64,000 bases of DNA from a virus. Below, one piece after another: positions 1-10,363 of the stretch. The notes under the pieces were generated by a model, which saw only the letters and a list, made by a program, of their open reading frames with translations, had not been told where the DNA came from and searched no databases. A program made the position numbers and the translations under genes. Position 1 is the stretch's first letter, and each line of letters begins with the position of its first letter. The stretch lies in the IMG/VR virus record IMGVR_UViG_3300017917_000405, positions 30,729-94,728 of that record; one strand, given 5' to 3'.

Positions 1-2391
1 AACTCTTGGGCCAGACTCTTTAACAAAGTTTATATATTCTGCCTCAGAGAAGATCCATCTCTTTTGAGTTGTTGTTGCTCCAGTAGAGTCTACCGCTACC
101 TTTTGGTACTCTATTCCATTATATTGAATAACCTCGTTATCTATTTTAAGAAATCCATTATATGGTCTAAGAGTTGCAGCAGCAATAAAACCAATACGAA
201 TAAACTTTACTTTTCCATCAATCGCGTTATTTGAAAGAACAACGCTTGAAAGATAGTTGTTTAGACTTGCGTAGCCAGAAGATCCGAATGCAGATCCAGT
301 TGTTGACGCAGAGTATGAAGTAAGCCTAGTTTCATAGATGTCTTGTAGATATACTCCACCAGCCAAAACCTTTTCATTAGAGTCTTGATTACCACTTCTG
401 TCAATGCTCCATACAGATTGAACAGCCAATGGGGATGAGAATCTTACTAGATCCTCTGGATTTATTACGCCACTTTGTTGTTTAAGAACAGCAATTGCTG
501 GTGAGTCTGGAGCAACATCCCTCTTCCTAATTGACTTTACTTTATATGAAACCTCGCCGTCATTTACTGGCTCAGTTACGTCTTTTGATACCGCCATAAT
601 ATTGGATAGATATGATGGTTCGGAGTACGAGTATGATGAGTCTTCTGGTGAAGATGATCTTGTAACCTCTGTTACTTCTCCAGTTGAGGTGTTAACATTA
701 ATATCTTCTGTGGTGAGCCACCATGAAACTGTTGGATCTGTTCTATTAATAATTTTGTCTTTAGTTGCAATAACTAAATATCCAAATGCGTCTATGTACA
801 TAGCGCTTTGAGTTGCCTCACAAATCTTATCAAGTACCTCTGCAGCGGTCTTTCCTTCTCCTGCATAAAAATACTGAATTGTTTCGTTATCTGTTCCTGC
901 GTCCTTAAATTTAATATTTGTGTATCCAAGTGCGTGCATTACTGTTTGAACAGCAAACGATACTGGAGAGTCTGTAAATGTCTGATGAACTAGGAATGGT
1001 GGAATTGTTTGTGATTGCAACACCTTCATAAAGTCATATAGGTCTGCGGTAACGGTATATTCTCTATCCTCATTCCAGTTTTCTGTATACATTTTCTTAA
1101 TTGGAATCTGATAATTTCTTTCAGATGGTAGCCCTTCATCAAGTAGGAATGTTTGATAGGCAGAGATTTCTATTCCCTTGCCAATTGCCCCATAAAGCAT
1201 TGATAGCGGATTGTCATTAAAGAATCCACCGTCTGTATTTGATAGAGTAATTGAACCAGTACCCATAACGGTGTTTGCAGTTGGCAAGCCAGTAGTTTGA
1301 TCTCCAATAGTAGTTGAAGCATTATAACTTTCTACATAATCAGTAAGGTCTACTGCAAGCCGTGGAGATAGTTCAATGAGTTCAAATGGTATCCCAGAGG
1401 CAGTCATTGTGTCTACTCTAAGACGAATTCCAATAATTTTATCTGCTTCCTGTTGGAATTCAGATAGTGAACTTTCACCAGTTGCCTTGTCAAACTTGGT
1501 TTGTCCTTCTACCAAGAAGTCTGCTAGTTGTGTTGGGTATTCATATCCCTCCAGCACACTCCATGAACCAACGCCGCTTGAGTTTGGAGATCCAGTCTGA
1601 CGGTAAATCCTTAGTTCTCCATCACTATTCTTTGCTGGAATATTTGTTTTTCCTGTGCTGTCAAAAATGTTTATCCAGTTATATGCTGTTCCATTCTTTT
1701 TTAGAACATCAATATAGAATCTTGATGGAACGCCAAGGTGTGTTTGATATTTAACTGTAATGACATTACACCAAAATTCTTGAGAGTATACGGCGAATGG
1801 GTACGGCCTTCCAATAGTTGCACCATTTATGTCTGTGGTGATAAAACTATTATCTGATGCCGTTGTACCTGGCACTACCCCATTTACTTCGCCGTATGTC
1901 GCAGAACACCAATATTTATAAACCATATCCTCGCCAGCAAGATATGGCTTAACCGTAGGTGATGCGGAGCCTCCAGGAATATTGTCAAGTTCGTTGACAC
2001 TAGGAAGATAATCTACAATATTTCCGTTGCCTCCAGAGAATAAATATGCAACACCTGCAGTTGGTCTAAATTGGCTAAAGCAATCGTATAAAGAGTAATA
2101 CTTATCTATAGTTAAGTTACTCTTTTCAAGAGTTTGAATGTCTGTTGGAGCAGCAAACTCATCGTCAATAACGGTGTCATAAAATACTTTATTTCTTCCA
2201 TCGACATAGTTGTTGTCTTTTATGTACGTCGGAGAACTTGATCTATAAACACCAAATTCTGATATATCTAAAATTGAATTATAATTCCACTCGCCAATAA
2301 TTCTGTGCGATGATTTTACTGAGTATGACTTTTTTAATAAATTATTAAGAGTTGTTGTATCTCCAGAAACAACTTCTGCAATTTCAATCAT
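1..2391 (-). CDS. Large minor tail/baseplate-hub protein (3' end runs off window; absent from ORF track)
   Basis: ATG at 2391 overlaps the TGA of the upstream gene (ATGA). Reads MIEIAEVVSGDTTTLNNLLKKSYSVKSSHRIIGEWNYN...; position two genes after the tape measure. Only the 5' part was translated by hand. Confidence 0.7.
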   Translation of the reverse strand, partial: MIEIAEVVSGDTTTLNNLLKKSYSVKSSHRIIGEWNYNSILDISEFGVYRSSSPTYIKDNNYVDGRNKVFYDTVIDDEFAAPTDIQTLEKSNLTIDKYYSLYDCFSQFRPTAGVAYLFSGGNGNIVDYLPSVNELDNIPGGSASPTVKPYLAGEDMVYKYWCSATYGEVNGVVPGTTASDNSFITTDINGATIGRPYPFAVYSQEFWCNVITVKYQTHLGVPSRFYIDVLKKNGTAYNWINIFDSTGKTNIPAKNSDGELRIYRQTGSPNSSGVGSWSVLEGYEYPTQLADFLVEGQTKFDKATGESSLSEFQQEADKIIGIRLRVDTMTASGIPFELIELSPRLAVDLTDYVESYNASTTIGDQTTGLPTANTVMGTGSITLSNTDGGFFNDNPLSMLYGAIGKGIEISAYQTFLLDEGLPSERNYQIPIKKMYTENWNEDREYTVTADLYDFMKVLQSQTIPPFLVHQTFTDSPVSFAVQTVMHALGYTNIKFKDAGTDNETIQYFYAGEGKTAAEVLDKICEATQSAMYIDAFGYLVIATKDKIINRTDPTVSWWLTTEDINVNTSTGEVTEVTRSSSPEDSSYSYSEPSYLSNIMAVSKDVTEPVNDGEVSYKVKSIRKRDVAPDSPAIAVLKQQSGVINPEDLVRFSSPLAVQSVWSIDRSGNQDSNEKVLAGGVYLQDIYETRLTSYSASTTGSAFGSSGYASLNNYLSSVVLSNNAIDGKVKFIRIGFIAAATLRPYNGFLKIDNEVIQYNGIEYQKVAVDSTGATTTQKRWIFSEAEYINFVKESGPRV

Positions 2392-2951
2392 GCTTCCACC
2401 AACGACATTGATACTGACCAGAGATCATTATACTGACCGCGCTTAATTACTGAATATGAAAAGTCCTGAAAGAATACTGGAACAACTTCCGATGCTCTTG
2501 TGAGTTTCTGATATCTATCATTACCAGTTCCCATTGCGTGAACGCGGTCGTAACAAAGAATAAGGTAGAACTCTCCAGTATGATCTTCATACCATTCAAG
2601 CATGTCATCTGCTGCTAAGTAGTTTGGATTAACCTCTGTTGATCCGTTATAGTATCTTTCTGAAATAAAGTCTAGTGATGTTGTGTTTGGATTAATGGCC
2701 CTTGATGGAATGCTTGACCAATCTAGTGAATATGTATTCTTATCTGCAATATGATAAGAACGCATTCTTCCATTAATCATTCTTTGACGATACTCAATTC
2801 TTTCTGGACTAATCTCAATAGGCGATCTGTTGTCGTCGGTGAGATATTTAAAATCTCCTGTTAAGTCTGTACCACTCAAAACTGGTGGCTCTGCACAAAA
2901 TGCGGCTATTGCTGGACGAATATACTTCTTCTCTGCACCATAATTAGCCAT
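2388..2951 (-). CDS. Minor tail protein (distal tail-like)
   Basis: 187 aa, directly downstream of and coupled to the tape measure gene. Confidence 0.6.
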   Translation of the reverse strand: MANYGAEKKYIRPAIAAFCAEPPVLSGTDLTGDFKYLTDDNRSPIEISPERIEYRQRMINGRMRSYHIADKNTYSLDWSSIPSRAINPNTTSLDFISERYYNGSTEVNPNYLAADDMLEWYEDHTGEFYLILCYDRVHAMGTGNDRYQKLTRASEVVPVFFQDFSYSVIKRGQYNDLWSVSMSLVEA

Positions 2952-5900
2952 TATCTCTTCAAACTCCTAGCGTTTTCGCGTTGGCGAGCCTTTGCAAAAA
3001 CCTTATTAGCAATTTCGTCTGCGCCTGCATTTGTACCATTGACAGTAACATTAATATTATACACCGCGCCAGAGCCTGATCCAGAAACATTTGCGCTTGG
3101 AGCAGATGGAGCAGTAAATGCTGGTCCGATCTGACCGCCCATTGCAAATCCTGGCATTTTTCCACGCTGATTCATGTAGTCAAGTGTATTTGTTCCTAAT
3201 GACGCGGCGCTTGAAGCCTTAATGACATACTCGCCATTTGAAAGCATTGCTGGAATCGAATCTGAGGTTCCGCTACCGCGACCAGAAACCCTTCCTCCAA
3301 CTGCAAATCCGATAGAGAATGGACTTCCTTGCCCTGGCGCATCTCCTCCTTCGCCACCACCAGTAATTGGAAGATATGCTGGAATGTCTTTTCCTGCCAT
3401 GGGCCAATTTGGACGGCGTGCTCCTAGGTAGTACTTCTTATACCAACCGTCTGTCCAAGGGGAAACTTGAACGCCTCCACCAGTTGAGTGAAGAATTCTA
3501 TTGTTTCCATAGTAGAATCCAACGTGGTTAGGTTGTCCAGGTGAACGTGCTAGTCTTCCACTAAGGGTTGGATCTCCCCAGAAAAGAAGGTCTCCAACCT
3601 GTAGTTGTTGTCCAGGCTTAATAGTTCCAAATTTAGAGTCTGCCATTTGTGATGGAGAGTATGCTGCAGTTTTAATTCCAGCCTTTGAAAGTACATATGA
3701 TGTAAATCCAGAGCAGTCAAATCCTTTTAGTGGGTCGCTACTGCCTGCAATATATGGAAGTGGATCAAGTTTATCAAACATTGACTTAAGGAATGATGAA
3801 ATTGATGAGGCTCCTTCTTTACCAAGTATTGGGAAGTTTGCCTCTATTCCCTTTGCATCAATATTAGACCTATTGATTCTTCTTGCAAAGTTGCCTGCAG
3901 CAGACCCAAAGAATGAATAGAATGGGTTGCTAGTTGCAAGGCCACCGTTTGCGAATCTTGGCATTCTACTATTTGGAGTAATCATTCCACTTTGGAATGG
4001 TTGGAAATATTCTGGACCTCTTTCTCCAACTATATATCCTTGACCTCTTGCAACATATCCACCAGATGCTCTTGCTCCATAACGATTTGCAAGCATTCTT
4101 TCTTCTTCTTTGCTATAGGCATTCATTGTTTGTGCTGAAGAAATTCTTCTAAATTCACTTCGTAATACACGCTCTGCCACGTCTTTATCAATTCCTAGCG
4201 TGTCTGCCATTTGTTGGAATATCGCATCAAGGAGTTTTCCATATTCTGTTGTGAGAGAGTTTCCTACTGTTTGCATAGCAGACGCAAGTTGAGTCTTAAG
4301 ACTATCAAATCCTGGTCCAAGGGCATCTCCTGCTTTAATCAAAGCGTCTTGAATTGACTTAGAGAATTGTTTTTGTTCTTCTTCTGTAATCATGCCGTCT
4401 TGCATAATCTGATCAAAGAGTTTTTGTGGTCCAGAAAGAATGTCGTTAATTTGAGCCTTTCTTCTTTCTAGATTAAAGATTTGCTTTTCAATTGCTTTCT
4501 GTGATGCCTTAACGCCATCTTGAATTGACTGTGAAAGTTTATCATTTGCATCGATCTGATCCTGAATAGCCTTGACCCGAGCGTCTGACTCTTCTTGAAT
4601 TGCTTTCTTTCTATCTTCTAGAGCCTGAATTGCAAGGTCTTTATTTCTCTGCTCAGACTCTGCAGCCATTTGTGATTGAGCAGTAATGAATCCTGCAATA
4701 TCGCCTTGAGCAAGAGCGCTTAGCGCTCCAATTCCTCTTTGACGTTGCTGCTCATCAAAACTTGCCTGTTCTTTTGCCTTTTGTAATGATTCAATTTGTT
4801 TATCAATAAGTTTAGTGCGAGCGTCTGTATTCTCCTGAATATCTTTTTGCTGTTCTTGAAGGGCATCATTTTCTTTAGCAATAGCATCTGCAGATTCTTG
4901 TGCATTCTCTTGGACAGCCTTTGATTGCTCATTTAGTTTAGTAATTCTACTATCTATACCTTGAGTTACCATGCCCTGAACTTGCTGTAATTCTTGAAGT
5001 TCTGTTTTTGCAAGTTGTCCATAAGCATTTGCTAGATTAGATATTTCTAATGCAGCCATGTTTGAAGCAGTAGCATTCTTAATAATGAAAAGTTCTGTTT
5101 CACTTAATCCGTCTGCTGCCATTTTTGCAATTCCAGGAACGCTCATTAGAGTTGCATTAAAGACAGTCATTGCTTGTTCTGCTGTTTCAGACTTTGAAGC
5201 AAGGTTTGTAAATACTTGAATAGTTGCTGGATCTGCACCAATTGAAACTAGTTGTGCTTGCATCTCTGTTGATGCTGCCTGAAGTTTTCTGAATCGCTCA
5301 TCATTATCTGTAACAGCAACAATTGAATCTACTAGAGAATTCATTCCCTGAATAGCAAGAGATGGATCTGTGGCAAATGCACCCATAATATTTTTAATTG
5401 CTGGAGCAATAAGTTCTTCTGAATATGTTGCAGACTTTCTTAAAGAATTCATTTCTTGTGTCAGTCTTTCTGACTGATTTGCAAGATCGCCATATACTTT
5501 TACATCTTGTGCAAACTGATCTGTTGGAAGACCTTCTTTAACTGCTTTTCTATATTCTTCTGCAGCAGTTGTAAATCCAAAGATATCAAAGCCCTCTTTG
5601 CCCTTGATAATTTCCTGCATCTTGCTGCTAACTTGACTTTCTTGTTTTTGAAGTTCTCCAATAATATTTGGAATGTTAGCCTGCGCTTTAATATATTCTT
5701 CCTGGGCCTTCATTGCTTGTTCTGGAGTATTTATTCCAGTAAGTTCTGCCTTGATTGATAGAACAACCTCAGTTTTTTGTGCTTGACGAGCAATCTCTTC
5801 AACAATTGCCTTTGCCTGATCTGGTCCAAAACCTCTCATAATCATTGATGAATATGCAGCAACTAATTCATTTCCAGCGGTTTCTGTTCCCAGAACTTTA

Positions 5901-8900
5901 AGTTTTTCAATAAGCGTTTGATAGTCTTCTGTTACCTGAGACTTCATTTGATCGGATAGCGTTACAGCATTCTGAACCGAGGTATCTCCTCTTAAGGCAT
6001 CAAGCGATGCCTTTATTCTATCTACACCTTCTGCTGCACTCTTTGCCTCTATGCCAAATGATTCTGCAAGTTTTTGTGATGTTTCTAGAGCAGCCCTAGT
6101 TGAAGCCTTGGCATTTTCAACGGACTCTTGATATTTACCCCACGCAATAACTGCTGCTGTAATTCCTAGGCCTACTGCAATACCGACTGGACCGCCAAGC
6201 ATACTGATGAATCTTCCTCCAGTAAGCAATGCTGAAGATCCTACCCTTGCCCCAAGACCAATCCTAGATGCATTTGCAGCAGTTTTAGATGCTGCTAATG
6301 CTTGTGTTGGATTCATTATTCCATATTGTGAAGATCTTGCTGCTAGTCCTGCAGCAGCAGCCTTAGACTGACCACTAAGAAAAACGTTTCTTCCGCCTCT
6401 TTGAAGTGCATTTCCTGCTGCTTTAAGGCCAAGGAAGCCTCTTCCAGCGCCCCCAAGTCTCGGCATTCCACTCATGAGTTGCATTGCCATGCCAGCCATA
6501 GAAGCAGCGGCAGCGAGCATTGTAAGTTTATCTGTTGCCTCTGCCATTCCATCATTCATCTGACCAAGCATTGGAAGTGCCATCATAGCCATGAATCCAG
6601 CATTCATCATTGTTCCGCTACGGCGCATCATTCCTTGCTTTAGAGATGAAACTCTTCCATTTTTATCAACATATGCTCCATTGTCTGCAAGATATGCCTG
6701 AGGAATCATTGTCTCTGCTGTTCCTCGTCCGACTGCTATTGGAGTAGTTCCCTCTGGAATTCCTGCTAGTTTTTTTCTAGTCTTTCGATCTAAAACATCC
6801 ATTCCAGTAATACTTCCAGTTGTTGCATGAAGAGGAACCGCTGGATTTCTTACTCCTGCACTTGAAGATGTTTCTTTTGAAACTCCATATTCAATAAGTG
6901 GCCTGTCACCGACTATTGTTGTCCTTGCTCTTTCATATAGAGCATCCCTTATTGCCCCTGGATCTTTTGCAGCATATATTCTTTGAAAAATATCTTCTGC
7001 AGCAGCGCGAGCATACTTTTCTTTATCATATACTGATCCAAATAGAGAATTTGGTAATAATGTAAGTTCTGTTAGTGCTGCTCTTTGTGCAAGCCTTCTT
7101 TGATATGTAGCATTTCTTCCTTCTTTATTTGGTGTTTGTTGTACAACAGCCTTAATTTCTCTTTTAAGATATTCTGCTGCTGGACCTGGCTTTACTTTCT
7201 TTTCTGCGGCATCATCTAGCATTTTTCTATATGCGCCTGTTAGTTCATCAAAGGTTACTGGTCCTTTTATTCCAAGTGTTTTATACATTTGGTTAAGATC
7301 TTGTGACTCTGCCTGTGAAATTCCAGCAAATGGTTTTCTTTCTCCTAATTTAAAGTCTGGTCCAGCAAAGTGGGAGCGTGCCCAATAATCTTCTTTTGCA
7401 CCAGGAATTGTGCGTGGATCAAAAAATAGATCTTTAGAAAATCCAAGTCTATTTGGATCAAATGGCGTAACAAAATCTCCATCTACATATCCACGAACAC
7501 TACCACTATTTATTGATCGTAGAAGAGGCGCATATTTCTTTGCTTGTTCTTTCCTAACAACAAACTCGCCTGGTTCAAGTAGTGCTGGAACAATATCTCC
7601 GCCACCGTATCCAGAAATTCCACCGCCGTTAGCCTTTTTAATTCTTGGAACTGGTGGAATTGTTGCGCCCTTTGTAATAAAGTTTGGATTTTGTGCAGCA
7701 ATTTGACCAAGCCTTCTTTGATATTGAGCAAGAAGGGTATTAAGTTCTGACAATGAAGTCTTTTGTCTATCAAAACTATTTGATAGAATATCTGTTGCTT
7801 GAGCAGCAGCAACCTGCTCTGCGTCAAGTAGTTCAAATTTTTCTGTTGGTAGGCCGAGTATTTTTCTTGAAAGGTTAACTATTCCCATGACACCCTTTTG
7901 AGTATATCCAAGGAAGTTACCCATAATACCAGCCATCATAATAAGTGGACCAGCGACTGCTACTAGCGTCCCTATAAGTTTAATTCCGCTTTTAAGTCCT
8001 TCTGGCATATTATTAAAAGCATCTGTAATTGTAGTTATTGCATCTGCGCCTTTTTGAAGAACTGGAATAAGCATATTAGTTAGAATTTCTCCAACTGGAA
8101 GCAAGGCAACCTTAATGCTTTCCATTGCTCTTTGCCATCTCATTGATGCAGACTCTGTAAGAGTCTTAATTTCGCTATTTGCAATGTCAGCAAGGTCTTT
8201 TGACGACTTGCCCATGAGTTCAAAAACTTTTTCTGTTTGAGATCCAGACTTTCCAATATTATCGAATAGGGCAGAGATTCTTGCAAACTGGTATTTGCCA
8301 AAAATTTCTTCAATAATTTGTGCTCTGCCAAATGAATCAATCTTTTCTAAAGCACCTTGTAGGCTTTGTAGCGTTGGCATAAGTTGTCCACGATTAGCAG
8401 CAACAATTCCTTCTAGGTCTACTCCAAACTTCTTGGCAACATCAGAGGCCTTCTGTGTTGGGTTAATCATTGATGCCAGACCAGACTTAATTGCGTTTGC
8501 TGCTTCTGCTGCAGGAATACCACCCTCGCGCATAGCGGTAAGCATTGCTGCAAGATCTTTAATATCTCCGCCAAGTGCGCGTACTACTGGTCCAGCCTTT
8601 GGAATTGCTGTTGTAAGGTCATCAAGGCTGGTTGTAGTTTGGTTTTCTACTGCGTTAAGGAAGTTAATTGAGTCAGCGAGTTCTTCTGTGTTTAGTTTAA
8701 ATGCTGATTGAATAGATAGTGTTGCTTGCATTGCCTGTTGGCGATCAACTTCACCAAGAACTGCAAGCCTTGTTGTCTGTGATACGGAATCAATTAATTT
8801 CTGACCCTCTAGGCCAGTTGCAGCCAAATCTGCTGCAAGTGCTGCCGTTTCTTTAGCAGCAATTCCGTAGTTCTGTGCAAAAGCAGTTGCAACTTCTTCT

Positions 8901-9613
8901 ACCTGCTGTCTAATCTTTGCAGTAGCCTGTGCATTTGATGTAACAAGATCTGATCCATAAACCTTTTGAAGCCTAGTAAGTTCTTTATCAACATCGCGGA
9001 AGGCCTTTGATGCAGTTGCAGCAAAAATTGTAAGTGGAACAGTAAGACCAACAGTTAACTGACGACCAGCCCATTGAGTATTTTTACCCCAGTCAATAAG
9101 TTTCTGTGCTCCACCCTGCACAAGAGCATTAAAAATTGACCATTGCTTTGAGGCCAATTGCATTTTTGTTGTAACGTTATCATCAATCCACTTTGGAGTG
9201 ATAACCATTCCCTGACCTCTGCCACCCTGACCACCAAGACCGATAGTAGTAGACTGCATAAGTTTAACTTGCTCATAAGCCAGTCTCTTAGCCAAAGATG
9301 CTTGTTTGGTATATGCTCTTCCTGCTTCTCTGTAATATTCTCTAAGAGTAAGTTTATTTCTAGCGAGTGCTTTACCAAATTGATCTGTTGCAGTAGCAAG
9401 TTCTACAAACGATGTTCTATATCCACCAATTGTTCCTAAAGATGCAACAAAATCTTTTGTTGCCGCCATTTTTGCACGTTGAGCAGCAACGCTCATGCTA
9501 TTAAATGCAGCAGCAGTTAGATTAACATTTTTTGATAATACTCTTAGTGATGAGTTAGCATTAGTAAAGTCTGCATCTAGCGAAAGCCTAGTCTTAATAT
9601 TTGCGTCTGCCAT
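2951..9613 (-). CDS. Tape measure protein with C-terminal NlpC/P60 peptidoglycan peptidase domain
   Basis: 2220 aa, Ala/Gln-rich helical core. NlpC/P60 motifs GFDCSGFTSYV...GDLLFW...NHVGFYYGNNRILHS. Follows the tail chaperones. Confidence 0.95.
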   Translation of the reverse strand: MADANIKTRLSLDADFTNANSSLRVLSKNVNLTAAAFNSMSVAAQRAKMAATKDFVASLGTIGGYRTSFVELATATDQFGKALARNKLTLREYYREAGRAYTKQASLAKRLAYEQVKLMQSTTIGLGGQGGRGQGMVITPKWIDDNVTTKMQLASKQWSIFNALVQGGAQKLIDWGKNTQWAGRQLTVGLTVPLTIFAATASKAFRDVDKELTRLQKVYGSDLVTSNAQATAKIRQQVEEVATAFAQNYGIAAKETAALAADLAATGLEGQKLIDSVSQTTRLAVLGEVDRQQAMQATLSIQSAFKLNTEELADSINFLNAVENQTTTSLDDLTTAIPKAGPVVRALGGDIKDLAAMLTAMREGGIPAAEAANAIKSGLASMINPTQKASDVAKKFGVDLEGIVAANRGQLMPTLQSLQGALEKIDSFGRAQIIEEIFGKYQFARISALFDNIGKSGSQTEKVFELMGKSSKDLADIANSEIKTLTESASMRWQRAMESIKVALLPVGEILTNMLIPVLQKGADAITTITDAFNNMPEGLKSGIKLIGTLVAVAGPLIMMAGIMGNFLGYTQKGVMGIVNLSRKILGLPTEKFELLDAEQVAAAQATDILSNSFDRQKTSLSELNTLLAQYQRRLGQIAAQNPNFITKGATIPPVPRIKKANGGGISGYGGGDIVPALLEPGEFVVRKEQAKKYAPLLRSINSGSVRGYVDGDFVTPFDPNRLGFSKDLFFDPRTIPGAKEDYWARSHFAGPDFKLGERKPFAGISQAESQDLNQMYKTLGIKGPVTFDELTGAYRKMLDDAAEKKVKPGPAAEYLKREIKAVVQQTPNKEGRNATYQRRLAQRAALTELTLLPNSLFGSVYDKEKYARAAAEDIFQRIYAAKDPGAIRDALYERARTTIVGDRPLIEYGVSKETSSSAGVRNPAVPLHATTGSITGMDVLDRKTRKKLAGIPEGTTPIAVGRGTAETMIPQAYLADNGAYVDKNGRVSSLKQGMMRRSGTMMNAGFMAMMALPMLGQMNDGMAEATDKLTMLAAAASMAGMAMQLMSGMPRLGGAGRGFLGLKAAGNALQRGGRNVFLSGQSKAAAAGLAARSSQYGIMNPTQALAASKTAANASRIGLGARVGSSALLTGGRFISMLGGPVGIAVGLGITAAVIAWGKYQESVENAKASTRAALETSQKLAESFGIEAKSAAEGVDRIKASLDALRGDTSVQNAVTLSDQMKSQVTEDYQTLIEKLKVLGTETAGNELVAAYSSMIMRGFGPDQAKAIVEEIARQAQKTEVVLSIKAELTGINTPEQAMKAQEEYIKAQANIPNIIGELQKQESQVSSKMQEIIKGKEGFDIFGFTTAAEEYRKAVKEGLPTDQFAQDVKVYGDLANQSERLTQEMNSLRKSATYSEELIAPAIKNIMGAFATDPSLAIQGMNSLVDSIVAVTDNDERFRKLQAASTEMQAQLVSIGADPATIQVFTNLASKSETAEQAMTVFNATLMSVPGIAKMAADGLSETELFIIKNATASNMAALEISNLANAYGQLAKTELQELQQVQGMVTQGIDSRITKLNEQSKAVQENAQESADAIAKENDALQEQQKDIQENTDARTKLIDKQIESLQKAKEQASFDEQQRQRGIGALSALAQGDIAGFITAQSQMAAESEQRNKDLAIQALEDRKKAIQEESDARVKAIQDQIDANDKLSQSIQDGVKASQKAIEKQIFNLERRKAQINDILSGPQKLFDQIMQDGMITEEEQKQFSKSIQDALIKAGDALGPGFDSLKTQLASAMQTVGNSLTTEYGKLLDAIFQQMADTLGIDKDVAERVLRSEFRRISSAQTMNAYSKEEERMLANRYGARASGGYVARGQGYIVGERGPEYFQPFQSGMITPNSRMPRFANGGLATSNPFYSFFGSAAGNFARRINRSNIDAKGIEANFPILGKEGASSISSFLKSMFDKLDPLPYIAGSSDPLKGFDCSGFTSYVLSKAGIKTAAYSPSQMADSKFGTIKPGQQLQVGDLLFWGDPTLSGRLARSPGQPNHVGFYYGNNRILHSTGGGVQVSPWTDGWYKKYYLGARRPNWPMAGKDIPAYLPITGGGEGGDAPGQGSPFSIGFAVGGRVSGRGSGTSDSIPAMLSNGEYVIKASSAASLGTNTLDYMNQRGKMPGFAMGGQIGPAFTAPSAPSANVSGSGSGAVYNINVTVNGTNAGADEIANKVFAKARQRENARSLKR

Positions 9614-9978
9614 TACTCACCACCCACAATTTCATAACCAAGTCCAAGTTGAGCCATTTCAATAGACTCTGAGGATACGTTTTTACCACTTGCGCGTGCG
9701 GCAACACGAGCATAAATATCATTTAGTGTGGCTGGCGCTTGGTCATTTTCTTCTGGTGCGTTATCAAGGTCTACGCCTTGCATGGCAGCAGAAAATCTAT
9801 TATGTCGCTCTTCGCGCTTATAAATTGCATTGAGGGTGGTCGTTAATTCTTGCATTGATAGACTTGATTCAAGTTCTTCGTAGTCTCTCCAATGACCCAG
9901 AAGAAAAACTTCTGCTTCGTATGCGGCTAGGTCTAGATCTGACCAACTAGTTCCGTCACCGCCGCTTGAAGATTTGGG
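9613..9978 (-). CDS. Tail assembly chaperone, -1 frameshift extension (gpT part of gpGT)
   Basis: The -1 frame after slippery C CCA AAT is open (KSSSGGDGTSWSDLDLAAYEAEVFLLGHWRDYEELESSLSMQELTT...) and is continuous with ORF 9613..9855. Confidence 0.85.
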   Translation of the reverse strand, partial: PKSSSGGDGTSWSDLDLAAYEAEVFLLGHWRDYEELESSLSMQELTTTLNAIYKREERHNRFSAAMQGVDLDNAPEENDQAPATLNDIYARVAARASGKNVSSESIEMAQLGLGYEIVGGE

Positions 9979-10268
9979 TCATTCAACTTGATATCAGCAG
10001 CCACCTCCAGTACTTTATACATTGTTTGAAGATCAATAGCGTCTTCAAAAACATCTTTATTTTCTGCTAAGTCTGGGGCAAATTGACGGAATGCAATTCT
10101 CGCACACTCAGATACTACGTCAAGGAATGCGATTTCATTCTCTGCTTCCTGGGCCTTTTCCCAGACCTTCATCAGTTCACGCAAGTTCTTAATGCTGAGT
10201 GGCTTAATTGTAATGTTTCTGCCATCTAGTAATTCGATTTCGATTGTTTCATAAATTTTTGTTGCCAA
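9933..10268 (-). CDS. Tail assembly chaperone (gpG)
   Basis: Lies between major tail and tape measure genes; AGGAGG RBS; contains the slippery heptamer near its 3' end. Confidence 0.85.
   Translation of the reverse strand: MATKIYETIEIELLDGRNITIKPLSIKNLRELMKVWEKAQEAENEIAFLDVVSECARIAFRQFAPDLAENKDVFEDAIDLQTMYKVLEVAADIKLNDPNLQAAVTELVGQI
9972..9978 (-). promoter_or_regulatory. Programmed -1 ribosomal frameshift site CCCAAAT
   Basis: X XXY YYZ heptamer in frame (GAC CCA AAT); a -1 shift joins the two chaperone ORFs. Confidence 0.85.
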
Positions 10269-10314
10269 GATTATCCTCCTAGTGTCTGTAATAATTATAT
10301 ACTAATAACATGCA

Positions 10315-10343
10315 TAATGGCAGGGCTAAAAGCCCTGCCATTA
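10315..10343 (-). terminator. Hairpin/terminator after major tail gene
   Basis: Perfect inverted repeat TAATGGCAGGGCT-AAA-AGCCCTGCCATTA. Confidence 0.75.
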
Positions 10344-10363
10344 CACAAAACAATATTTAATTA

